From contig CBDESZ010000018.1 in the NCBI GenBank assembly GCA_965242725.1, positions 224,001 through 288,000 of the forward strand: a DNA stretch of 64,000 nucleotides. The letters are read 5' to 3'. The first letter of the stretch is position 1. Each line of letters starts with the position of its first letter. Made by a program: the position numbers and the translations under genes. The notes under the pieces were generated by a model. The model did no database searches and was not told where the DNA came from. It saw only the letters and a list, made by a program, of their open reading frames with translations. Shown here piece after piece: positions 53,307-62,680 of this stretch. Origin of the DNA: Alkalispirochaeta sp. (GTDB taxonomy: Bacteria; Spirochaetota; Spirochaetia; DSM-27196; Alkalispirochaetaceae).

Positions 53307-55474
53307 ATGCATACAGTAAAAATACAGATCGGTGATCAGGAACTCACTCTGGAAACCGGTCGCATGGCCAAACAGGCCAACGGCGCGGTTTTTGCGACGT
53401 ACGGCGGTTCCGCCGTATTATCGACGGCTACCGCGTCGGATGAGCCCAGAGAAGGGCTCGACTTTGTTCCATTGCAGGTGGAATACAACGAGAAATACTA
53501 CGCCGCAGGTAAAATTCCCGGCGGATTTCTCAAGCGGGAAGGACGACCGAAAGACAAGGAAATCCTCGTCTGCCGGCTTATCGACCGCCCGATGCGGCCC
53601 CTCTTTTCTAAGAAATTCATGCGGGAGCTGCAGATCGTTCCCACCGTCCTTTCAACCGATCAGATTAATCCGCCCGACGTGATTGCCATGGTGGCCGCCA
53701 GCGCCTCCGTTCATATAAGCGACATCCCTTTTGACGGGCCAATCGGTGCCGTTCGGGTATGTTCCGTTGACGGTGAACTGGTTATAAACCCCACCTTTGA
53801 CCAGATTGCGGCGTCGGAGCTCGAAATCATCGTCGCCGGAACCAAGGACGGCATCACCATGGTGGAGGGTGGCGCCCAGGAAGTTTCGGAAGAACTCATG
53901 ATCGCCGCAATTGACAAGGCCCGGGAAGTGATTCTCGAACTCTGTCGCATCCAGGATGAGCTTCGCGACGCCGTGGGAAAAGAAAAACTCCCCCTTATCG
54001 AAGATACGCGCACTCTTGCCGTAGCGGACGATATTCGCGCGTACGCGCAGTCCAAACTGACGGAAGCGTGTTTCGTCAAAGGGAAGCACACCCGCTACGC
54101 GGCTATCAAAGCGGTGAAAAAGGAGACCCTCGAGCACTTTGCGGAGCAACTGCAGGAAGACGACGACGTCACAATGGCGAAGTCTCTCCTGGGCGATATG
54201 GAGCAGGAAATCGTGCGCGAGTCGATCCTCCGCGATCACCGTCGGACCGACGGGCGTGGCCTGGAAGATATCCGACCCATCACCTGTGAAATAGACGTTC
54301 TTCCCCGTACGCACGGCAGCGCCCTCTTCACCCGCGGTGAAACACAGGCCCTTGCAGTGATCACCCTCGGTACGATGTACGACGAACAGATCATGGACGA
54401 CATTGACGGTGACCGCCGGGAACGCTTCATGCTCCACTATAATTTCCCGCCCTTTTCTGTCGGTGAAACGGGTCGCATGGGCACGGGACGCCGGGAAATC
54501 GGTCACGGCCACCTCGCCCACCGGGCGTTGGAATCGGTCATTCCCGACAAGGACGCCTTTCCCTATACGCTCCGTATCGTTTCGGAAATTCTCGAGTCCA
54601 ACGGTTCATCCTCGATGGCTACCGTCTGCGGCGGTTCACTTGCCATGATGGCCGCCGGTGTCCCCACCAGGAAACCGGTCGCAGGTATTGCGATGGGTCT
54701 CGTCACCGACGGAGAACGGACCGCGGTTTTGAGCGACATCCTCGGTGAGGAAGATCACCTGGGTGACATGGACTTCAAGGTTACCGGAACAGCCGAAGGG
54801 ATTACCGCCTTTCAAATGGATATCAAGGTCAAAAACGTCTCGAGAGAAGTCATGACGACCGCCCTCGATCAGGCACGGCGCGGCCGGATGCATATCCTTG
54901 AGAAGATGGCGGAAGCGATTCGGTCTCCCCATGAAGAGCTTTCGGAACACGCGCCGCGTATCATTTCCTTTTCCGTTGACCCCGACGAAATCGGCCTTCT
55001 CATCGGCAGCGGCGGCAAGACGGTAAAAGCCATTTCGGAGAAGTTCGGCGTTCAGGTCAACTTTGACGATAACGGAACCGTTACGATCTATTCCAAAGAC
55101 AAATCGGCCGCAGACAACGCGAAAAAGAGCTTTCTCCAGCTTCTGGAAGAACCGGAAATCGGTGCCGTCTATCCCGGTGTGGTGAAACGCATCGTTGATT
55201 TCGGTGCGTTCATCGAGTTTCTTCCCGGCCGCGAGGGACTCTGCCATATCAGCAAAATGGCGGCAAACCGGGTGAACTCCGTGGAAGACGTACTTTCGCT
55301 CGGTCAGGAAGTGGACGTCAAGATAATCGAAATCGACAAGATGGGCCGGGTCAATCTGAGTCTCATCTACGAAGGAATGAACGAACCCCGAGAGCGTGGT
55401 CCGAACGAGGCGGCGAACGGCGGGACAATCGTGGACGTCGTGACGGCGGTCAGGATCGTGGTCGACGACGATAG
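53307..55474 (+). CDS. pnp: Polyribonucleotide nucleotidyltransferase (true stop probably TAG 55472-55474, after an indel near 55400)
   Basis: ETGRMAKQANG, RLIDRPMRP, RGETQ, RREIGHG, SNGSSSMA, GDMDFKV, KH and S1; Arg/Gly tail ERGGERRDNRGRRDGGQDRGRRR* in the alternative frame. Confidence 0.95.
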
Positions 55475-55481
55475 AAAAAAA

Positions 55482-55913
55482 ATGGAGGTGCGCCTCGTTG
55501 CGCACCCTTCCTTTATCCCAGACTACGCCTCCGAGGGATCTGCAGGCGCGGACCTTCGGGCGGCGATTGATGAACCGGCGTTCCTCCAACCAGGGGAGCG
55601 CCGTCTTTTTCCCACGGGTGTCAGACTTGAACTCCCTCCGGGGTATGAAGGGCAGGTACGGCCGCGATCGGGGTTGTCCGTTCAGTACGGCATCACCGTT
55701 CTCAACGCCCCCGGCACCATCGACAGCGACTATCGCGGCGAGATTTCCGTGCCCCTCATCAATCTGGGAGGTGAAACCGTGACGATCCGGCCGGAAATGC
55801 GAATCGCCCAGCTCGTCATCGCGCCGGTAGTTCAGGCGCGGTTTGTGTCCGCGCCGTCGCTGTCCGATACGGCCAGAAGTGACGGTGGGTTCGGTTCCAC
55901 CGGCACGGGATAA
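55482..55913 (+). CDS. dut: dUTP diphosphatase (trimeric)
   Basis: SAGADL, QVRPRSGL, GTIDSDYRGE, RIAQLV, GGFGSTG. Confidence 0.95.
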   Translation: MEVRLVAHPSFIPDYASEGSAGADLRAAIDEPAFLQPGERRLFPTGVRLELPPGYEGQVRPRSGLSVQYGITVLNAPGTIDSDYRGEISVPLINLGGETVTIRPEMRIAQLVIAPVVQARFVSAPSLSDTARSDGGFGSTGTG

Positions 55914-55918
55914 CACTC

Positions 55919-57193
55919 ATGTCAGGAAAGTCGAAGGGCGGGGCGGCTTTTGCGCCACTCATGTACCGCTATGTGGGAGGGGAGTTTCTTCTTTCCTTCC
56001 TCGTTTCCTTCGCCTTTTTCTTCTTCATGTTTTTTATAAACCAGCTGTTGTTGCTGGCGGAAGACATTCTCCAGAAAGACGTCCCCCTCGGTGCTGTTGT
56101 GCGTCTTATCGTCTATGCCGTCCCCTCGATTATCGCGTTGTCCGTACCTTTCGCAACGCTCGTTGGGACGCTCATGGCGATCGGTCGTTTGTCGGGTGAC
56201 AATGAAATTGTCGCATTCCGGGCCGCCGGTTTTCCCCTGGGCAAGCTCTTTTCTCCCGTGCTGGCTCTGGCGGTACTTCTTTCATTCGCCTCGTTTTTCG
56301 TCAATGACTACCTTCTTCCATTGGGTACCATGAATTTCGGCTCCCTCTACAGGGAACTGCTTTATGCGAATCCCGCCCTCGAGCTGGAACCGTATTCGGT
56401 GAAGCGCTATCAGGAGGATACCCTCGTCACCGGTCCGGTCGCGCCGGGACAGGTCGGTGAGTTCGTCATCATCGATTCAGACGCACAGGGCCAGCGTCGG
56501 ACGATCACGGCTGAGCGGGCGGAACTTCTCCGGGAAGGGGATCCCAATACGATCGGTCTGCTCCTTACGAACGTGACCTCCCTCTCCGGAATAGACGACG
56601 GTAATTATACCTACAGTACCGCCCGTATCATGCGGTACAACATTCTGCTGCAGGACATTACCGTGGCAATCCGCTCGCCGGGACCGCGGGAAATGAGCGC
56701 CAGGGATGTGCGGGAAGAGATCCGCCGGAAAGAGGAGCTTCTGGCAGTCCGTCGGGAAGAATGGGAATCTGAAAGCGCCCTGCGTATCGCCGATGCACAA
56801 TGGGCGTGGCTTGATGTCGCCCGACACGGAGGGAGCGGAAGAGAGGCGTCAACGCTGTCGGAAGAGGCACAACGAATTCGGGATCAGAAACCGACCGATC
56901 GTTCCCTTCAGGTCTTTCGCCTGGAGTACCACAAGAAGTTCAGTATCCCGTTTGCCGCGATTTCCTTCGTCGTTCTCGCATTTCCGCTGGGACTGTACTC
57001 CCGTCGGAGCGGCAGAGGGGTCGGTTTCGGTATCGGATTGATTGTAGCCACCACCTATTGGGCCCTTCTCATCGGTGGCCAGACGTTCGGCACGCAGCGC
57101 CCCAATGTTCCTCCCGCTGCAGCAATGTGGCTGCCCAACGTGCTTTTTATCGTCGTCGGGATCTCCATTTTCATACGGAGGTCACACCGCTGA
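55919..57193 (+). CDS. lptF: LptF/LptG family permease (LptF position)
   Basis: GRLSGDNEIVAFRAAG, EYHKKFSIPF, AFPLG, MWLPN. Confidence 0.88.
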   Translation: MSGKSKGGAAFAPLMYRYVGGEFLLSFLVSFAFFFFMFFINQLLLLAEDILQKDVPLGAVVRLIVYAVPSIIALSVPFATLVGTLMAIGRLSGDNEIVAFRAAGFPLGKLFSPVLALAVLLSFASFFVNDYLLPLGTMNFGSLYRELLYANPALELEPYSVKRYQEDTLVTGPVAPGQVGEFVIIDSDAQGQRRTITAERAELLREGDPNTIGLLLTNVTSLSGIDDGNYTYSTARIMRYNILLQDITVAIRSPGPREMSARDVREEIRRKEELLAVRREEWESESALRIADAQWAWLDVARHGGSGREASTLSEEAQRIRDQKPTDRSLQVFRLEYHKKFSIPFAAISFVVLAFPLGLYSRRSGRGVGFGIGLIVATTYWALLIGGQTFGTQRPNVPPAAAMWLPNVLFIVVGISIFIRRSHR

Positions 57194-58302
57194 TGCTTTT
57201 TGATCGGCTTCTCCTGCGCACCTTTTTCCCCGTATTCCTGCTGGCCATACTCTTTTTCGTCCTGATCATTCAATTGATGGATCTCTTTTCCAACCTGGTA
57301 CGATTTCTCAACCTGGAGGTCCCCCTTTCGGAGATTCTGAACGTTCAGTTGCTTTTTGTCCCTCGGGCCGTAACCTTTTCGCTGCCGGTGGCGCTCCTCT
57401 TTGCGGCGGCGTATACCCTCGGCACCCTGTACGGCAATAATGAGCTGATTGCCGTGTTCGATTCGGGTGTTTCCATTCGGCGATTTACCACACCCTTTCT
57501 CGTCATTGGTATGCTTTTCAGCATCGGCGTCTTCTTTTTCCAGGAATATGTGGTTATAGATACCTATCGGAGAAAGAATGAGGAGACTCGCCGACTTCTC
57601 AATATTTCGCGATCTCTGAGTAATTCAAATATTACGGTCCGCAGTCCCGGGGGAGAGATCATCTATTCCGCGGAATACTACAATGACGCCGTTCAGGAGC
57701 TGTCCCGGGTCATGATTCTCCGCCGCCGGAACGGTCGTTTTGCCGGGCGGATTGACGCCGAGCGGGCTCTCTGGTCGGAACAGGAAAACGTATGGATTCT
57801 TGAAAACGGCACTCGCTACGAACTGCAGGAGGAGGAGAGCTCCCCGGCGGACGGCGATTCCGCTCCTCCCGACATTGAAGCGACCTCGTTTCGCCGCCTT
57901 TCCGAGCCCGCCTATTCCCTGCCGCCGGAACGATTTCGTCGTTCAGGGGAGAACGTCGATGAGTTGCGCTTCGACGAGGCGCGCCGCTGGGTCTTCGGAC
58001 TGCGCGACTCAGGACAACCCTATCGTCAGGAACTTACGGATTATTACAGCAGGTTTTCATTCTCCCTTACGCCCTTTATAGTCCTCCTCCTGTCCTGCGG
58101 ACTGGGAGGTCGTTTCAGGAAGAACATCCTTCTCATGAGTCTGCTCCTTTCCCTCGTCGCTGCGGTAGTCTACTACGTGACGGGAATGGTGATGGAACTC
58201 CTCGCCGGAAACGGCACCATTCCACCTCTGGTCGGAGCGTGGGCGGGAGTGGTACTATTCACTGTAATCGGCATTATCCTCATTCGAACGGCAAGAACAT
58301 AA
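57193..58302 (+). CDS. lptG: LptF/LptG family permease (LptG position)
   Basis: MLFDRLL, LYGNNELIAVFDSGVS, IPPLVGAW; TGATG overlap. Confidence 0.88.
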   Translation: MLFDRLLLRTFFPVFLLAILFFVLIIQLMDLFSNLVRFLNLEVPLSEILNVQLLFVPRAVTFSLPVALLFAAAYTLGTLYGNNELIAVFDSGVSIRRFTTPFLVIGMLFSIGVFFFQEYVVIDTYRRKNEETRRLLNISRSLSNSNITVRSPGGEIIYSAEYYNDAVQELSRVMILRRRNGRFAGRIDAERALWSEQENVWILENGTRYELQEEESSPADGDSAPPDIEATSFRRLSEPAYSLPPERFRRSGENVDELRFDEARRWVFGLRDSGQPYRQELTDYYSRFSFSLTPFIVLLLSCGLGGRFRKNILLMSLLLSLVAAVVYYVTGMVMELLAGNGTIPPLVGAWAGVVLFTVIGIILIRTART

Positions 58303-58312
58303 CGGAACAATT

Positions 58313-59461
58313 GTGAACACACAGTCAGCTGAACACCTTATTTCGATCGATACATATGACGCCGCAACCGCCGCGCGGACCGGTCGCCTTCATCTCCCCC
58401 ATGGTGACGTGGAAACCCCTGCATTTATGCCGGTCGGTACCGCAGGTACGGTAAAAGCGATACGTCATGACACGCTCCATCGCATAGGGTATCGCCTGAT
58501 CCTCGGCAATACCTATCACCTTTTTCTGCGACCCGGTATGGATGTAATCGGTTCCTTCGGCGGACTCCACCGATTTTCCTCATGGCGACACAACATCCTC
58601 ACCGACTCCGGGGGATACCAGATATTCAGCCTTGCACCGTTCAGAAAGATCACTGAGGAAGGCGCCCGCTTTCAGTCACATATAGACGGAAGCAGACACA
58701 CAATCACCCCCGAGCGGGCGGTAGAGATTCAATGTACAATCGGTTCGGACATACAAATGGTCCTTGATGTCTGTACAGGCGCCGACGAAGGGCGCGGGGC
58801 GGCGGAAAGCGCCTTGAAAACGACGACCGCCTGGGCCAATCGCGCCAAAAACCGGTGGACCGAGGAACGAAAGAGGGGCTATAGCGGCCACCTGTTCGGT
58901 ATCGTTCAGGGGAATATATTCCCCGACCTGCGCACCGAGGCGGTCCATCGCACCCTGGAGATCGGCTTTCCCGGCATCGCTATCGGAGGCTTGTCCGTCG
59001 GGGAAACGTACGAGCAGTACCGCGAGATTCTCGCCCACACCGCCCCACAGATACCGAAGGAATATCCCCGATATGTCATGGGTATCGGAACGCCGGAGTA
59101 CATTCTCGCCGCCATTGAAAACGGCATCGACATGTTTGACTGTGTCTTTCCGACCAGGGCGGGACGAAACGGAACGCTCTTCACTACCTATGGACGCATC
59201 AATCTCAAGAACGCGCGCTGGATTCACGATGATGATCCTCCGGATCCGGTTATCGACTCCTTTGGTGGAGACTCTTACAGTCTGGGATATTTGCGGCATC
59301 TCTTCAAATCAGGCGAAATTCTCGGGCCCATGCTGGCGACGGAACACAACCTGCGCTTCATGAAATGGCTCGTCGATGAAAGCGCCCGGGCAATCAGGCA
59401 GGGTACCTTTACGACGTTCCGTGATTCCCTGTTGAAGGTCTATTCACGTGAAAAGGAGTGA
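58313..59461 (+). CDS. tgt: tRNA-guanine transglycosylase
   Basis: TPAFMPVGT, NTYHL, TDSGGYQ, GIVQG, GGLSVGE, DMFDCV. Confidence 0.97.
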   Translation: MNTQSAEHLISIDTYDAATAARTGRLHLPHGDVETPAFMPVGTAGTVKAIRHDTLHRIGYRLILGNTYHLFLRPGMDVIGSFGGLHRFSSWRHNILTDSGGYQIFSLAPFRKITEEGARFQSHIDGSRHTITPERAVEIQCTIGSDIQMVLDVCTGADEGRGAAESALKTTTAWANRAKNRWTEERKRGYSGHLFGIVQGNIFPDLRTEAVHRTLEIGFPGIAIGGLSVGETYEQYREILAHTAPQIPKEYPRYVMGIGTPEYILAAIENGIDMFDCVFPTRAGRNGTLFTTYGRINLKNARWIHDDDPPDPVIDSFGGDSYSLGYLRHLFKSGEILGPMLATEHNLRFMKWLVDESARAIRQGTFTTFRDSLLKVYSREKE

Positions 59462-61070
59462 AGGGGAGCCGCCGGCCGCAGCGATTGCCGGCGGCAGGGA
59501 AGGAAACACCACCACCGCCACCTTCGTCGTCATGGCGTCGACCCTCGTATCCCGGCTGCTCGGCTTCGTCCGCATCGCCGTTATCGGCGCCGTATTCGGT
59601 GCGTCAGGGAGCGCGGACGTCCTGAACCTGGTCTTCAATATTCCAAACAACCTGAGAAAACTTCTCGCCGAAGGGGCGTTGTCGTCGGCGTTTATTCCCA
59701 CGTTGTCCAGGAGTCATGTTGAGGATTCCTCCCTTTCGCGATCCCATATTCTGGTCCGACAACTGATCGGATTTCAACTGGTCGTACTGCTCCCGATCAT
59801 ACTCTTTTCAATACTCTCTCCCGGGTCGATTACGGAAATCATTCTTGACTTTCCGGAGCATGAACGACAGGAACTGGCAGCAGAGCTGTTTCGATGGTTT
59901 ATTACCTACCTGTTGTTCATTTCCATCGCTGCCGTCCTGATGGGTACGTTGAACTCTCACCATTCCTTTTTTATTCCCGCGGTGGCGCCGCTCCTGTTTT
60001 CTCTCTTTGTCATTGCCAGCATTCTGGTTCTCCACCGATACCTCGGGGTTTTTTCAATGGTTGTCGGCGTCCTTCTCGGCGGGATAGGCCAGCTTTTGAT
60101 CCATATTCCGGCGGTGAAACGGTTCGGCTATTCCCTGAAGCCCGTTTTTTCGTTTTCCACGGCCGATTTCAGAAAGGTACTGCGACAATGGATGCCCGTC
60201 GTTTCGACGGCGAGCGTATTCGCAATCAACCAGCAGGTTGCACTTTTCTTTGCAAGCGGCCTGGAAGACGGAAGCGGATCGGCCATGACCAACGCCCTCG
60301 TCTTCTGGCAACTTCCGTTCGGTATCTTTGCGGCATCGATCACGACGGTTCTCTTCCCCACAATGAGCAGGCAGCACGCGTTAGACGATCGGCGAGGGGT
60401 GGCGGACAGCATTGAACGAGGAATACGCGGACTGCTGCTGCTCCTCATTCCGTCGGGGGCGGGATTGATCGTTCTCGGCCGCGAGATGATAGCCGTCGCC
60501 CTGCAGCGGGGCGCCTTTTCCGCCGCGGCGACCACGCTGGCGGCGGATGTGCTCGTCTACTACAGTTTCGGTCTTTTCAGCGTCGCCGCCTTCACCTTTC
60601 TTCAGCGCGCGTTCTACGCATGCGACGATTACCGGACACCACTCATCAACGCAATCATCACGGTCTTTCTCGATGTCGTGTTAAGCCTCTGGCTCAAAGA
60701 GACGCGACTCGGGGTATCCGGTCTCGCCGCGGCAAACAGTATCGCCTTCACGGTCGGGCTCCTCCTCTATATCCACCCTGTATACCGCATCTCCCGGGGG
60801 TTCTCTGTAGGGAGAATCGGAAAGGTCCTGCTCCCCGCCGCCGCGGGCACGACGGCAGCGGTATTGAGCGTCATCCTTGTCAGGCAGGCTGTGACGCTTC
60901 TGGGAGTCACTGCGCAGTGGTGGAGCACCGGAAGTTCGCCGGTGAATCTCGCCCTCTTTCTCCTCCACGCGGTGCCTGCAATTTTCGCGTTACTGGGGGT
61001 ATACCGCCTCTTTGGTTTGAATGTACGTTCTATACGGCGGGGAAACACCTCCGGGACGGGCCCGGTATAG
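59448..61070 (+). CDS. murJ: Lipid II flippase
   Basis: SRLLGFVR, IPNNLRKLLAEGALSSAFIP, QLPFGIF, QRGAF. Confidence 0.95.
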   Translation: MKRSEGEPPAAAIAGGREGNTTTATFVVMASTLVSRLLGFVRIAVIGAVFGASGSADVLNLVFNIPNNLRKLLAEGALSSAFIPTLSRSHVEDSSLSRSHILVRQLIGFQLVVLLPIILFSILSPGSITEIILDFPEHERQELAAELFRWFITYLLFISIAAVLMGTLNSHHSFFIPAVAPLLFSLFVIASILVLHRYLGVFSMVVGVLLGGIGQLLIHIPAVKRFGYSLKPVFSFSTADFRKVLRQWMPVVSTASVFAINQQVALFFASGLEDGSGSAMTNALVFWQLPFGIFAASITTVLFPTMSRQHALDDRRGVADSIERGIRGLLLLLIPSGAGLIVLGREMIAVALQRGAFSAAATTLAADVLVYYSFGLFSVAAFTFLQRAFYACDDYRTPLINAIITVFLDVVLSLWLKETRLGVSGLAAANSIAFTVGLLLYIHPVYRISRGFSVGRIGKVLLPAAAGTTAAVLSVILVRQAVTLLGVTAQWWSTGSSPVNLALFLLHAVPAIFALLGVYRLFGLNVRSIRRGNTSGTGPV

Positions 61071-61081
61071 GAGTTGTCCAT

Positions 61082-62488
61082 ATGATGAGAAATCACAAGC
61101 TGTCAATCGCGGTCGTCACGATCTTTCTGTGTGCGTCGCTCCCTGCATATACCCAGACTGATGCGACCGAAGAGACTGGGGTCGTCCGGTCGTCCCTTGA
61201 TGAGTGGCGGGATACATTGCGCTACGGCATAAATTCCGAAATCGTTGAACTGCTTCCCACACTGACGGAAAACGGGGAAGAGGAGCTCGCTCCTGACGTC
61301 GTCAGCCTCTTCAATACGAGCAACGACGAAGGCGTTCTTGAACACGCCGCCAGGTTTCTCCAGGCGGTTGCATCTCCTGCCGGTCATGATCGCGCCCTTT
61401 CCATTATTGATACCCATCAGGATTGGAACGACGACGTGCTCATGGCGTTGCTTTCCTATCTCCGGGAGACCGGTGCCGACATTCCCGAGGAATACCGGCC
61501 TTCAATTGAACAACTCATCAGGACGGGATCTATCGGCCCGGCAACCGCAGCGGTTCGATTTTACGCTTCGGCGGGTGTCTCTTCGGAAGAACTCATCCGT
61601 CTGTACCGGGAACCGGACGTTCATGACGATGTCCGCGGACGAATTCTCATCGAGCTGGGACTGCGGGGAGACCCCGACGTGTTTGACTTCGTGAGCGAGA
61701 TAATACAGGAAGATGAAGAGGCGACGACGACACTGGAACGCTACGCAATTGATACCCTCGGCAAACTGGGTGACCCGCGGGCTCTGCCGATCATTACGCG
61801 ACAGTTTCGGTCCAATGACGCAATGACCCGCGCATACGCCGCCTCGGCTCTTGCGAATTTCGACACTCCCGAGGCACGGGAGGCTATTCAGGCTGCTCTG
61901 CGGGATGAATTCTGGCGGGTCCGTATATCGGCGCTCGAGGCGATACGGGAAAAGAGCGTTACCGATGCGCTTCCGGCGGTACTGTACAAGGTGCGGCGCG
62001 ACCCGGAAGAGCGGGTTCGGATTGAGGCGGTCAGGACGACGGCCGCCCTTGACCAACGGGAAGGGTGGGAAGAACTGCGGCGTCTGGTGAAAAACGACGG
62101 AACATCCTTCAACGTCAGGACGGCGATTATCGAGCAGTTGCTTACCGGTGCACCCCGGGGGGCAACGGAGACAATTCGTGAACTGATTGACAAAGAATGG
62201 GAAAAGGAAAACAGCCGGATACTCGACGCGATCGGACGGGTCGTTTCCAGAACGACCAGGGACGACCTTCAGGGTATCGTTGAGAGGCTTCTATACCATC
62301 CCAATTTCATTATCCGGATCTACGCAATCCGCGCGGTCGGCAACAATGGAATTACATCTCTGAAGGATACGGTGCTGGAGCAGAGCAGGGAGGGAAACCA
62401 CCCGGCCGTCCGGGCGGCGGCGCTCCGTTCACTGGAACAGCTCGGTATTAATCCCGACTCGATAGAGACATCCTCCGGCGAAGAGTGA
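61082..62488 (+). CDS. Exported HEAT-repeat protein
   Basis: Signal peptide, TLRYGI, repeats such as LGKLGDPRAL..TRAYAASAL and DEFWRVRISALEAI; AGGAG SD. Confidence 0.85.
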   Translation: MMRNHKLSIAVVTIFLCASLPAYTQTDATEETGVVRSSLDEWRDTLRYGINSEIVELLPTLTENGEEELAPDVVSLFNTSNDEGVLEHAARFLQAVASPAGHDRALSIIDTHQDWNDDVLMALLSYLRETGADIPEEYRPSIEQLIRTGSIGPATAAVRFYASAGVSSEELIRLYREPDVHDDVRGRILIELGLRGDPDVFDFVSEIIQEDEEATTTLERYAIDTLGKLGDPRALPIITRQFRSNDAMTRAYAASALANFDTPEAREAIQAALRDEFWRVRISALEAIREKSVTDALPAVLYKVRRDPEERVRIEAVRTTAALDQREGWEELRRLVKNDGTSFNVRTAIIEQLLTGAPRGATETIRELIDKEWEKENSRILDAIGRVVSRTTRDDLQGIVERLLYHPNFIIRIYAIRAVGNNGITSLKDTVLEQSREGNHPAVRAAALRSLEQLGINPDSIETSSGEE

Positions 62489-62496
62489 GAAAAGAA

Positions 62497-62669
62497 GTCC
62501 CTTCACCTTCAGCCCTGAAGGGAACCCTCTCCGTGCTGCCCGCGCCGCCTGACGTTCGCGCTGCCGGCTTCCGGCTTGCCCGAAGGGACGCTCCCTGTTT
62601 CCCGGGTGCGGAAAGCGCCGAATGGTCAGCAGGTGCATCACATCCGGCATGTCCGGGGTATGTCGGGAC
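62497..62669 (+). ncRNA. Candidate structured RNA (long imperfect rod), family unassigned
   Basis: About 45 nested pairs between 62524-62574 and 62602-62659, including six G-U wobbles that work only on the + strand. Confidence 0.45.
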
Positions 62670-62680
62670 GCCACACTTGA

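Noticed and set aside
54636..55916. Long antisense ORFs (this one, and 48031-49263, 49270-50265, 28362-29303)
   Set aside because: Shadow frames of well-conserved genes in GC-rich DNA, with no recognisable motifs.
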